From contig JAHBWH010000010.1 in the NCBI GenBank assembly GCA_019637115.1, positions 18,494 through 82,493 on the forward strand: a stretch of DNA of 64,000 nt. Direction: 5' to 3'. The DNA comes from Myxococcales bacterium. GTDB lineage: Bacteria > Myxococcota_A > Polyangia > Polyangiales > Houyiibacteriaceae. Below the pieces are notes generated by a model. It searched no databases, was not told the DNA's origin, and worked only from the letters and a program-made list of their open reading frames with translations. Shown piece by piece: positions 52,142 to 61,136 of the stretch. How positions within the stretch are numbered: position 1 is the stretch's first letter; every line of letters begins with the position of its first letter. The position numbers and the translations under genes are program-made.

Positions 52142-53290
52142 TCAGGCGGGCGAAGCGCCCTCGGAGGAGGCGGGCTTGGTGCCGATCTGGGTCAGACCGC
52201 CCTCGCCTTGGCTCGCGAGGTAGGCCTCCCATTTGCGGATCGTGACCTCTTGGAAGGCCTTCACGACCGGGTTGAGCTCCGCGAGGGGCGCGTCCCAGTG
52301 CATCTCGTAGCCCTCCTGCTCGGCCTCGACCGCGAGGCCGTCCTCACTGAGCAGGGGCTTGACCGTCAGCTCCTTCGCCGCCGGGAGGAACGCCTTCATC
52401 AGGCCCTTCGGGATCTCGAAGCTCGTGAAGGGGATGTTGAAGGCCTTGAAGTAGAAGACGAAGAAGCCGCGGGTCGTCCGCTCGTCGATCGGGAGCACGA
52501 AGAGCCAGTGCTTGATCTGATCGTCCGTGTTCGACCACTGGTAGGGGTACTCGTAGCCGAGGCGCATGTAGTTCGTGTTCACGCGCTTGCGGCTGACGAA
52601 GAGCTTGTTGAAGCGGCCCTGCCCGACCTTCGTGTCGTACTCGAGGTAGACGTTGTCGCCGACGGTCTCGTATTTGCGCAGCTCGGCGTCCTCGAAGGGT
52701 CGGAAGCGCCGGTGCAGGTAGGCGTGCGTGAAGTCCGACACGTTGTCGATGATCATCGAGTGGTGCGCCTTCCACGTGAAATCCGCGGAGATGCTTGGCC
52801 ACGCGTCGGGGCCCTCCAGCTCGGGCACGACCGGCAGCGCGACGCTCTGCGCGCGCTCGACGTCGCCCGGGAAGATCCAGATGAGGCCGTAGCGCTCCTG
52901 CACCGGGACCTCGGGCACCTTGAACTTCGGGAACTTCCGCCCGAAGAGGCTGTGCGGGATCTCGACCACGCGGCCGTCGCCGTCGTACGCCCAGCCGTGG
53001 TAGGGGCAGACGAGGTTGCAGCCGTCGACGTGGCCCGTCGTCAGCTTGAGCTGACGGTGCGCGCAGCGGTTCTCGACCGCGCGGATCTGACCGTCCTCAC
53101 CACGGAAGACCGCGATGCTCCGCTTCCAGAAGACCACCTCCTGGACACCGCCCGCCTTCACGTTCTTCGACCACTCGGCCGGGTACCAGTAGTTCGGGTC
53201 CATGCCGGCGGCGCGGACCTTCTGGCGCGTGTTCTTCGCCTCGGCGAACGACGGCGGGGGCTGGATGGGTTTGGTGTAACGGCTGCTCAT
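52142..53290 (-). CDS. Rieske non-heme iron oxygenase, probable sterol C-4 demethylase component (SdmA-like)
   Basis: CAH...CPYHGW Rieske motif; DNVSDFTHAYLH and ED mononuclear iron ligands. Specific function inferred from cluster context. Confidence 0.8.
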   Translation of the reverse strand: MSSRYTKPIQPPPSFAEAKNTRQKVRAAGMDPNYWYPAEWSKNVKAGGVQEVVFWKRSIAVFRGEDGQIRAVENRCAHRQLKLTTGHVDGCNLVCPYHGWAYDGDGRVVEIPHSLFGRKFPKFKVPEVPVQERYGLIWIFPGDVERAQSVALPVVPELEGPDAWPSISADFTWKAHHSMIIDNVSDFTHAYLHRRFRPFEDAELRKYETVGDNVYLEYDTKVGQGRFNKLFVSRKRVNTNYMRLGYEYPYQWSNTDDQIKHWLFVLPIDERTTRGFFVFYFKAFNIPFTSFEIPKGLMKAFLPAAKELTVKPLLSEDGLAVEAEQEGYEMHWDAPLAELNPVVKAFQEVTIRKWEAYLASQGEGGLTQIGTKPASSEGASPA

Positions 53291-53307
53291 GGGGAACTCG
53301 GCTCGCT

Positions 53308-54405
53308 TCAGGCGTGGATGGCTACGCCGTCCGGCGCGCGACGGACCGGCGCGCGGTCCTCGGGGGACTTGGCCTCGGGGTGCGTGATCGCGCCCCGGCT
53401 CCAGTGGAACGCGTAGGCCTCGGCGAAGGCATCCCGCATCGAGCTCGGGCGGAAGCCGAGCTCGTTCTGCGCCTTCGAGGTGTCGGCGTGGCGGCGCAGG
53501 CGGAGGCGCCGGATGGCGCCGGGGGTGAGCAGCTGCTGGCGCTTGGGCGCGAAGCGCGTGAGCAGGAAGCTCGAGATCTCGGCCGCGGGCAGGAGCGCCG
53601 CCGCCGGGACGCGGAAGCGCGGACGCGGCGCGCCCGTGATCTCCTCGAGCATGTCGAAGATGTGATCGAAGTCGAGGAACTGGGTCGCGACGATATACTT
53701 CTGGCCAGTGCGCCCGCGCTCCATCGCGCGCACGTGGCCGTCGACGATGTCGCGCGCCGCGACGAACTCGAAGCCGCCCGGCGAGTAGACGTTGAGCTCG
53801 CGGTTGGCGAACTTGCAGATCGTCGTGCCCATGCGCGAGGGCAGGTAGTCGTGGCCGCCGATGATCGCGCAGCTCGTGACGATGAGCGCGTCGAGCCCCT
53901 CGACGCAGGCCTTGAGCAGCTCGTGCTCCTGCAGGACCTTGCTGCGCTCGTAGGGCATCGCGCGGTGGTAAGGGTAAAACTGCCGCGTCTCGTCCGCAGG
54001 CTTCGACGTCTCGTCGAGGTCGTAGCCGACCGCCGAGAACGAGCTCGTGAGCACGAAGCGCTCGACGCCGGTCTCCTTGGCGGCCTGCATCAGGTAGCGC
54101 GCGCCGAGCACGTTCGTCTCGTAGATCGTGCGGCGGTGCTCGGCGTCGCCGTCGATCGTCGAGACCATCGACGCGACGTGGTAGACGCGGCGGCAGCCCT
54201 CGACGGCCTGGATGAGCGAGCCGCGATCGCGCAGATCGCCGTAGGCCTTCTCCACGCCGTGGAGGCCGTCGACGGCCTCCTCGTTCTCGCCGCGGCGCAG
54301 GAGGACACGCACGCGCTCGCCCTCCTCGACGAGGCGGTGCAGGAGGTTCGCGCCGAGGTGGCCGGTCGCGCCGGTGATCAGGGTGGGGGCGTCCTTGGCA
54401 GGCAT
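53308..54405 (-). CDS. extended SDR NAD-dependent epimerase/dehydrogenase, probable sterol C-4 decarboxylase/reductase (SdmB-like)
   Basis: ITGATGHLG, TSS, YERSK; TGATG-coupled to the upstream fusion gene. Confidence 0.8.
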   Translation of the reverse strand: MPAKDAPTLITGATGHLGANLLHRLVEEGERVRVLLRRGENEEAVDGLHGVEKAYGDLRDRGSLIQAVEGCRRVYHVASMVSTIDGDAEHRRTIYETNVLGARYLMQAAKETGVERFVLTSSFSAVGYDLDETSKPADETRQFYPYHRAMPYERSKVLQEHELLKACVEGLDALIVTSCAIIGGHDYLPSRMGTTICKFANRELNVYSPGGFEFVAARDIVDGHVRAMERGRTGQKYIVATQFLDFDHIFDMLEEITGAPRPRFRVPAAALLPAAEISSFLLTRFAPKRQQLLTPGAIRRLRLRRHADTSKAQNELGFRPSSMRDAFAEAYAFHWSRGAITHPEAKSPEDRAPVRRAPDGVAIHA

Positions 54406-57400
54406 CAGTGGACCGTCGCTTCGTGGGTGGAGCTCTCGAGCGCGGGCATGCGCCAGAGGGCGTCGTAACGTTGGCGGAGCGCCTCGTCCTTCGAGGCGTT
54501 CGAGAGGCAGTCGGCGATGAGCTCCTCGACCTCGGCCCGCGCGATCTTCACGGGGTTGCCCGCCGTGAACATCGCGTCGTTGCCTCGCGCGTGGACGAGC
54601 GTGCGCACGGCCATCCACAGCGGGAGCAGGCAGAAGAGGCGCATCGCGCCGTGCTCGGCCGGGATGGCGAGCACGTACTCGAGCGCGCGATCGAGGCGCG
54701 CCTGCGCGGTGTCGAAGAGCGGCGCGACCGCCGCGTGCGCGCGCTCGCGGACGGCGGGGTCGACGAGCGCGTCGATGGCGAGCCCCTGCAGGTTCGCGCT
54801 CGTGCGCGGGATGAAGCTGACGCGGCGCTCGCGGTCGTCGGTGATGTCCTTGAGGATGTTCACGAGCTGGAGGCCGACGCCGAAGGCCTCGGCCTCGGTG
54901 CGGAGCGCGTGCTCGGTGTCGGTGCCCGCGGCGCCCATGGCCTCGACGAAGAGGTCGGTGAGCATGTGGCCGACGGTGCCCGCGACGAAGTAGCAATAGC
55001 GCTCGAGATCTTCGACGGTGTAGAGCGCCGTGTAGCCGTCGTCGCCCGCCGTGCGGTGCGAGTAGAGCTGCATGCCGCGCGTCATCTCCGCGACCCACCG
55101 CGTCGCCTTCGTCTGCATGCCCTTGGGCAGGCCCCGGAAGACGCGGAGCACGGTGCCGAGGTGCTGGCAGAGGTCGTTCTCGACCTGGTTGCCCTCCACG
55201 CCGCGGAACTGATCCTCGAAGCGGCGCACGACCTCGTCGTCGGGGCTCGCGTAGAGCGCCGCGAGGAAGGTCTCGTAGCGGGCGTCGCGCTCCTCCACGG
55301 TGAAGAAGGCGTTGTCCTCGATCGTGTCGGCGATGCGACAGAGCAGGTAGCCGCAGGTGACGGCGGTACGCAGGTCGCCGGGGAGCATCTCGATCGGCCG
55401 CGCGAAGGAGCGCGAGACCGCGAGCAGGCTCTCGCGACAATAGGCCACGTCCTCGGAGCTCGCCTTCGCGGCGCGGCGCCCCTTGGCGGGCATCACGCGC
55501 GTAGCGCGCTTGTCGCGGTAGAGGTGCAGCGCGTCGGAGGCCTCGGCCCCGAGCGCGACCGACTCGCCGAGCGACGCGAGCCCGCGCTCGATGGCCTCCC
55601 AATGCGGGGCCTCGCTCGCGAGCAGCGCGCGGCAGACGATCGCCGTCGTGCGCGCCCCGCCGAAGCTGCCGTCCTCGCGCTGGCCGGCGACGAGCACCCG
55701 CACCGCCCGCCGCAGGCGCGGGTGGAAAGGAGGCAGCCCCGAGGCGTGGAGCAGCTCGAGCGCGAGCGCGGTGCCCATGAGCCCGCCCTCGAACGCGCCG
55801 TCGCTCCGCTGCGCGCGGCGGAGCTGGTCGGCGAAGCGCGCCCACGCGCCGTCGATGACGCCGGGCAAGAGCCCGGGGAAGCGGGCGCGGGCCCGGCGCA
55901 TGGCGACCGCCGCGTCGCGGCGCGCGCCGAGGTTGCGCGTCGCGTCGGCGGCCTCGACGAGCTGAGGCACGAGGCGCACCGCGTCGTCGAGCCGATGCTG
56001 CGCGACGGCGCCCTCGAGCTCGAGCGCGAGGCGGCTCGCCGGCTCGGCGGGCGCGAGATCGGCGGCGTCCGTGACGCGGGCGAGCAGCGCGTCGACGTCG
56101 ACGCTCACGCTGGGCGTCGCGCCCTCGGTGGGCGAGGGCAGCACGGGCGCCGGCGGCGTGATCCCAGCACCACGCAGCGGGTGGAGGCGCGTGCCCACGC
56201 GGCGCCACTTCTCGCGGAGGCGGCGGGGGACGAGCGTCGCGCCCGGCCACTGCGCCCACTCGGCGAAGCGCGCGAGCTCGTGCGGGAGCCGGCGCAGCGC
56301 CTTGTCCGCGACGACCTGCTGCGTCGTGTCCTGGACCGCGCGGCGCGCGACGTTGACGAACGCCCCGCCGAATTGGTCGAGGCGGACCTCGTCACCCGCG
56401 AGGATGCGCATCGTGCGCACGCGCTCGGCGGGCTCGTCGCGCCAGGTGTCGAAGACGGCGCTGCGGATCGCGACCGCGCTCTCGTCCTCGCGCATGAAGA
56501 CCTGGAAGAGCGCGTTGACGAGCAGCTCGGAGACGTAGCTCTGCGGCTCGCGCGTCTGGCGGTACTCCTCGAGCGTCGCGCTCGAGAGCAGCGTGTCTGT
56601 GTCCTTGAGCGCCACCGTGATGCCCGTCGCCGTGAGCGGGTGGCAGAAGCCGACGGCGTCGCCGACGAGCGCGACGCGGCCCGCGCCGTAGAAGGTGCGC
56701 GGGAGGAAGCGGTTGCTCGCCCAGATGATCTTGTCCTGCTCGAGCGCGCGCTTGTACGCGGGGCGGAGCGTCTCGGGGAAACGCGAGGCGAAGGCGTCCC
56801 AGAGGTAACGCGCGTCGCGGCGCGCCCCCGGGGTGCCTGCCGGGATGTCGACGCACGCGCGGACCCGATCCTCGGCGATCCGGTAGAGCAGGATGGCGCC
56901 CGGCCCGCCGAGCAGCACGTGGCCATAGCCCTCGAAGGGCATCTCGATGCCGTGCAGCTCGATGCCCGCCATGTGCGAGATGAGCTCGGCCTCGTCCTCC
57001 TGCCGCAGGCTCTTGCGCACGACGCTCGAGCGGCCGTCGGCGGCGATGATGCGCCCCGCGGCGATCGTGTGCTCGCGGCCGCCGTGGGTGAAGGTGACCT
57101 TCTCGCCCGCGACGCCCGAGACGCGCGCGTGCTCGAGGTAGGTGACGCCGGGCGTCGCGGCGGCGGCGCTGCGGAGCGACTCCACGAGGTCGCCGTGCTC
57201 GCACGAGAAGCCGACGGTCCCGTCCGCGTAGTCGAGCTGGACGGCCTCCGAGCCGTCGTCGGGGAAGACGGCGAAGCCGTAGCAGGGGGTGTGCTTGGAG
57301 GTCGCCGCGTGCGGGAAGAGGCCGTACTTGCGGAGGACGTCGCCGCCGGTCGGGTGAATCCACTCACCCGCGAAGCGCGAGGACGCGCGGGGGTTCGCCT

Positions 57401-57518
57401 CGAGGAGCAGGACGGCGGCGCCCTGACGGGCGTATCCGACGGCGGCGGCGGATCCGGCGGGGCCCCCGCCGACGACGATTACGTCGTAGCTCGGCTCGAT
57501 GGTCGCGTTTTCGCTCAT
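54405..57518 (-). CDS. fusion: squalene monooxygenase + degenerate QW-repeat barrel + squalene/phytoene synthase
   Basis: N: GGGPAG, AGEWIHPTG, ADGRSS, GDAVGFCHPLTATG. Middle: QRSDGAF, QREDGSFG. C: VSRSF, YLLCRIADTIED, YCYFVAGTVG, LQLVNILKDITDD. Confidence 0.88.
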   Translation of the reverse strand: MSENATIEPSYDVIVVGGGPAGSAAAVGYARQGAAVLLLEANPRASSRFAGEWIHPTGGDVLRKYGLFPHAATSKHTPCYGFAVFPDDGSEAVQLDYADGTVGFSCEHGDLVESLRSAAAATPGVTYLEHARVSGVAGEKVTFTHGGREHTIAAGRIIAADGRSSVVRKSLRQEDEAELISHMAGIELHGIEMPFEGYGHVLLGGPGAILLYRIAEDRVRACVDIPAGTPGARRDARYLWDAFASRFPETLRPAYKRALEQDKIIWASNRFLPRTFYGAGRVALVGDAVGFCHPLTATGITVALKDTDTLLSSATLEEYRQTREPQSYVSELLVNALFQVFMREDESAVAIRSAVFDTWRDEPAERVRTMRILAGDEVRLDQFGGAFVNVARRAVQDTTQQVVADKALRRLPHELARFAEWAQWPGATLVPRRLREKWRRVGTRLHPLRGAGITPPAPVLPSPTEGATPSVSVDVDALLARVTDAADLAPAEPASRLALELEGAVAQHRLDDAVRLVPQLVEAADATRNLGARRDAAVAMRRARARFPGLLPGVIDGAWARFADQLRRAQRSDGAFEGGLMGTALALELLHASGLPPFHPRLRRAVRVLVAGQREDGSFGGARTTAIVCRALLASEAPHWEAIERGLASLGESVALGAEASDALHLYRDKRATRVMPAKGRRAAKASSEDVAYCRESLLAVSRSFARPIEMLPGDLRTAVTCGYLLCRIADTIEDNAFFTVEERDARYETFLAALYASPDDEVVRRFEDQFRGVEGNQVENDLCQHLGTVLRVFRGLPKGMQTKATRWVAEMTRGMQLYSHRTAGDDGYTALYTVEDLERYCYFVAGTVGHMLTDLFVEAMGAAGTDTEHALRTEAEAFGVGLQLVNILKDITDDRERRVSFIPRTSANLQGLAIDALVDPAVRERAHAAVAPLFDTAQARLDRALEYVLAIPAEHGAMRLFCLLPLWMAVRTLVHARGNDAMFTAGNPVKIARAEVEELIADCLSNASKDEALRQRYDALWRMPALESSTHEATVH

Positions 57519-57849
57519 GATTTCTCCCGTCGACTTCGATGGGCACAAGCTCGAAGGCCTGTGGCGCGCGCCCCTCCGGACGGACTCGATCCCGGGCTGG
57601 GGTAGCAAGGGCGGGGGCGGACAGGGTCCCCAATCGGGTGAGCGGGGCGCGCCAGCAGGCGAGCCGTCGACCCTCCCAGGTGAATCGGGTTCTAGCGAGC
57701 GCGCCTCACGAAGGCGTGTTCCTTAGCGGTTACGGTAGGTTACGCGCCAGAAACATGTTCGCCGGGGCTAGGAGGGGCCCCGCGATCGTGTCAGCGCCTC
57801 GGCTCTCGGCGAGGCGTGTGGCTACGAGCCTTTCGTGTACGCTGCGAGC

Positions 57850-58230
57850 ATGACGCATGACCGCCTCATCCCATGCGCTGCTTGTGGGGCCCACGTCCGC
57901 GCGGCGGAGCCGTGCCCCTTCTGCGGCGGAGAGGGCGCGCACGACGGGTCGGCGCCCCGCGGCACCCGCGGCGGCGTGGTCGCCGCTTCGCTCCTGGCCC
58001 TCTCGGCGTGCGCGAGCCCGAGCCCCGAGCTCCCGCCCGAGCACGACACGGGCGACGAGGTCGTCGTGGAGACGCTGCCCTCACCGGAGGACGACGAAGA
58101 CCGGATCGTCGACGGAGAGCCGCCCGCCGAGGAGCTCGTCGGACCGCCCGAACCTCCGCCCGCGGCGGCCTACGGCGGCCCGCCCGACGACATGATCATG
58201 CAGCCGATGTACGGCATCGCGCCGGAATGA
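57850..58230 (+). CDS. putative splicease substrate: zinc ribbon + lipobox + acidic/Pro linker + two XYG motifs
   Basis: CAACGAHV...CPFC, LLALSAC, AAAYGGPP, QPMYGIAPE; ATGA overlap with the radical SAM gene. Confidence 0.8.
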   Translation: MTHDRLIPCAACGAHVRAAEPCPFCGGEGAHDGSAPRGTRGGVVAASLLALSACASPSPELPPEHDTGDEVVVETLPSPEDDEDRIVDGEPPAEELVGPPEPPPAAAYGGPPDDMIMQPMYGIAPE

Positions 58231-59525
58231 GCGCCGAGGTGCCGTCCGCGCTCGTGCGCCACACGAGCCACGGCGACGGACCGCGCTACGTGGTCTGGGA
58301 GATCACGCTCCGCTGCGATCTCGGCTGCAAACACTGCGGCTCGCGCGCTGGCCACGCGCGGGACGACGAGCTCTCGACCGACGAATGTCTGGACGTCGTC
58401 GGGCAGCTCCACGAGCTCGGCGTCGCGGAGGTCACGCTCATCGGCGGGGAAGCGTACCTCCGCGAGGATTGGGATCTCATCGCGCGCGCGATCACCGACC
58501 GCGGGATGCGCTGCGGCATCACGACGGGCGGGCGCGGGCTCGACGACGATCGCGTGCGCCGCGCCGTCGACGCGGGCGTCTCGACGATCTCGGTCTCGAT
58601 CGACGGGCTCGAGCGCACGCACGATCTGCAGCGAGGCGCGACGGGATCGTTCCGCGCGGCGCTCGACGCCTGCGAGCGGATCGCGAAGAGCTCGATGCGG
58701 CTCGCGACGAATACGCAGATCAACCGGCTCTCGATGCCCGAGCTCGTCGCGCTCGCCGACCTGCTGCACGAGGTCGGCTCGAAGGCGTGGCAGATCCAGC
58801 TCACCGTGCCGATGGGGCGCGCCGCCGATCGGGCGGACCTCCTGCTGCAGCCGCACGATCTGCTCGAGCTCTTCCCGCTGCTCGTCTGGATCAAGCGCGA
58901 GAAGCTCACGCCGCGCGACATCCGGCTCTTCCCCGGCAACAACATCGGGTACTTCGGGCCCTACGAGCAGGAGCTTCGCTACGGGGGCGCGAGCGGCACG
59001 CACTGGACCTCCTGCGGCGCGGGGCGCGCGTGCCTCGGGCTCGAGTCCGACGGCAAGCTCAAGGGTTGCCCTTCGTTGCCGACCGATCGCTACGGCGGCG
59101 GCCTCGTGCGGGAGACGCCGATCGCCGAGCTGATCCGGCGCGAGCCCATCGCACACCTCGGCGCCCGCACCGCGGCGGATCTCTGGGGGTATTGCGGGAC
59201 CTGCTACTACGCCGACGTCTGCCGCGCCGGCTGCAGCTGGACCGGACACGTGCTCATGGGCCGGCCGGGCAACAACCCCTACTGCATCCATCGCCAGCTC
59301 GACCACGAGCGACGAGGCCTGCGCGAGCGCCTCGTGCGCGTCGAGACCGCCCCGGGCGTGCCCTTCGACCACGGCCGATTCACGACCGAGCTCGAGCCGC
59401 TCGGGCCCGCCCCCGAGCGCGCGACGATCCTCGGCGTCGACCTCGCCGAGGTGCTCGCGATGGGGCGTGAGCGGGCTGGCGCGTTCGACGCGCCGGAGAG
59501 CAAACGGCGGCTCCGCGTCGTCTGA
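58227..59525 (+). CDS. radical SAM/SPASM enzyme, PlpX/PcpX-type tyramine splicease
   Basis: VWEITLRCDLGCKHCGSRAG, VTLIGGEAYLREDW, TTGG, WQIQLTVPMG, PGNNIGYFGPYE, CGAG...KGCPSLP, LWGYCGTCYYADVCRAGCSWT...GNNPYC. Confidence 0.88.
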   Translation: MSAEVPSALVRHTSHGDGPRYVVWEITLRCDLGCKHCGSRAGHARDDELSTDECLDVVGQLHELGVAEVTLIGGEAYLREDWDLIARAITDRGMRCGITTGGRGLDDDRVRRAVDAGVSTISVSIDGLERTHDLQRGATGSFRAALDACERIAKSSMRLATNTQINRLSMPELVALADLLHEVGSKAWQIQLTVPMGRAADRADLLLQPHDLLELFPLLVWIKREKLTPRDIRLFPGNNIGYFGPYEQELRYGGASGTHWTSCGAGRACLGLESDGKLKGCPSLPTDRYGGGLVRETPIAELIRREPIAHLGARTAADLWGYCGTCYYADVCRAGCSWTGHVLMGRPGNNPYCIHRQLDHERRGLRERLVRVETAPGVPFDHGRFTTELEPLGPAPERATILGVDLAEVLAMGRERAGAFDAPESKRRLRVV

Positions 59526-59679
59526 AGGTCAGAGCTCGAGTCGGAGCGCCGGGAGGCTGCCGTCCGCGATGGGGCGTGAGCGGGCAGGCGCGTTCGATGT
59601 GCCGGAGAGCCAACGGCGGCTCCGCGTCGTTTGAGGTCAGAGCTCGAGTCGGAGCGCCGGGAGGCTGCCGTCCGCGATG
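59456..59679. repeat. ~109-bp tandem duplication spanning both convergent stop codons
   Basis: Unit starting cgcgatggggcgtgagcggg at 59456 and 59565; a few substitutions and one indel. Confidence 0.95.
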
Positions 59680-60989
59680 CCGCCGCCGATCGTGAGCAGA
59701 CCGACGCGGGCCGCGTCGTTCGTCACGAGCGCCGGCGCGCGCGCGACGTCGTCGTCCCAGCCGCCCAAGGGGAGCAGCTCCGCGTCCGATTGTGCGAGGC
59801 AACCGAGCGCCTCTGAGGCCGAGGCCGTGACCTCGACCGCCTCGAGGGAGACGCGCGTCAGCCCCGCGACGCCGAGCGCGCCGACCGAGAGCAGCACGCC
59901 GATCCGGGGGTGGTCGACGAGGCTCACGCCGCGCAGGACGTTCGGCCCGCTCGGGTCGAGCACCTGGACTCCGTCGCCCATCTCGACCGCGCCCGCTTCG
60001 CCGAGCAGCGTGGTCCGAAGGACCGTGCGCGCGACCTCGACGCCCTCGAGGCGCACGTCCGCCGACGCGACCGAGGCGACGCCGACCGCGCCGTTTTCGT
60101 CGGCGCGCCCGCCCGTCCAGGTGACGTCGCTGCTGCGCTGGATCCACGCGCCGCCGAAGCGATGACCGCGGACCACGAGGTCGCGATGAGCCCCGTGGCT
60201 CTCGTGGTGGAGCAGCCCGAGGTCCGCCGCGGAGATCTCGACGTCGCTCGTCTCGAGGCGCGCGTCGCCGACCGCCACGAGCCCATAGGCCGGGAGCAGC
60301 TGCCGCCCCGGCCGGACATCGTCGATGACGAGCCCCTCGAGCGTCGCTTCGCTCGCCTCGACGTAGATCGCGGTCCCGACGAGCTCGCGGACCGAGCCGC
60401 CTCGCCAGACGAGCGTCGAGTTCGCGACGATGGCGCCCCACGGGCCCACCTGGACGGCGTCGAGCTCCACGATCGACACGTCCCGAGCGTCCAGCACCGC
60501 GAGCCCGATGGCGCTCTCCGTCGGCTCCGCCAAGGGCGGGAAGCTCGCGGGGTCGTCCACGCCGACGACGCGAACGCGCGAGACGACGACATCGTCCGCG
60601 CGCACCGCGAGGCCGACCCCGCGTCGCACGGAGATCTCCACGTCCTCGACGCGCGCGCCCGCGCCGAGCGCGCGGACGCCATGGCCCGCGTCCACCACGA
60701 CCCGGAGGCTCCGCAGCGCGGCCCCCGCGGCGAGCGTGACCACGGCCTCGTCCCCCACGAGCTCGCTGCCCGCGACGCCCTCGAGCGCGACCCGCTCGGG
60801 CACTCGGAGCGTGGCGCCCTCGACGCGGCACGGGCCCACGCGGACGACGGCGCCCGCCGAGGCGCGGTCGAGCGCCTCCTGGAGCGCTTCGGCGTCGCAG
60901 ATGCCGTCATCCCCACACGCGGCGAGGAGCCCCGCGACGACCAACGCCGCGGGGAGGAAGGGGCTCGGACCGATGCGACGCGGACGCAT
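59637..60989 (-). CDS. right-handed beta-helix lipoprotein
   Basis: LLAAC lipobox; ALQEALDRASAGAVVRVG; repeated G/V/I-rich strand pattern. Confidence 0.8.
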   Translation of the reverse strand: MRPRRIGPSPFLPAALVVAGLLAACGDDGICDAEALQEALDRASAGAVVRVGPCRVEGATLRVPERVALEGVAGSELVGDEAVVTLAAGAALRSLRVVVDAGHGVRALGAGARVEDVEISVRRGVGLAVRADDVVVSRVRVVGVDDPASFPPLAEPTESAIGLAVLDARDVSIVELDAVQVGPWGAIVANSTLVWRGGSVRELVGTAIYVEASEATLEGLVIDDVRPGRQLLPAYGLVAVGDARLETSDVEISAADLGLLHHESHGAHRDLVVRGHRFGGAWIQRSSDVTWTGGRADENGAVGVASVASADVRLEGVEVARTVLRTTLLGEAGAVEMGDGVQVLDPSGPNVLRGVSLVDHPRIGVLLSVGALGVAGLTRVSLEAVEVTASASEALGCLAQSDAELLPLGGWDDDVARAPALVTNDAARVGLLTIGGGIADGSLPALRLEL

Positions 60990-61136
60990 GCGCCCGACAT
61001 ACCCGCTCGAGGGCCCCCCGTCACCCGGGCGCCAGCAGGGATTAATCGCATTAGCGGTCGCCGAAGCCGCCTCGCTCGCGGCCGCCCAGGCGCTCGGGGG
61101 AGGCGGCGGGCCACCGACCTCGTCGGCCCACGGAGT

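Noticed and set aside
58227-59525. Heme/PQQ biosynthesis radical SAM (NirJ/Ahb/PqqE)
   Set aside because: Motifs and the coupled XYG-bearing partner fit the PlpX family; no pqq or ahb genes nearby.
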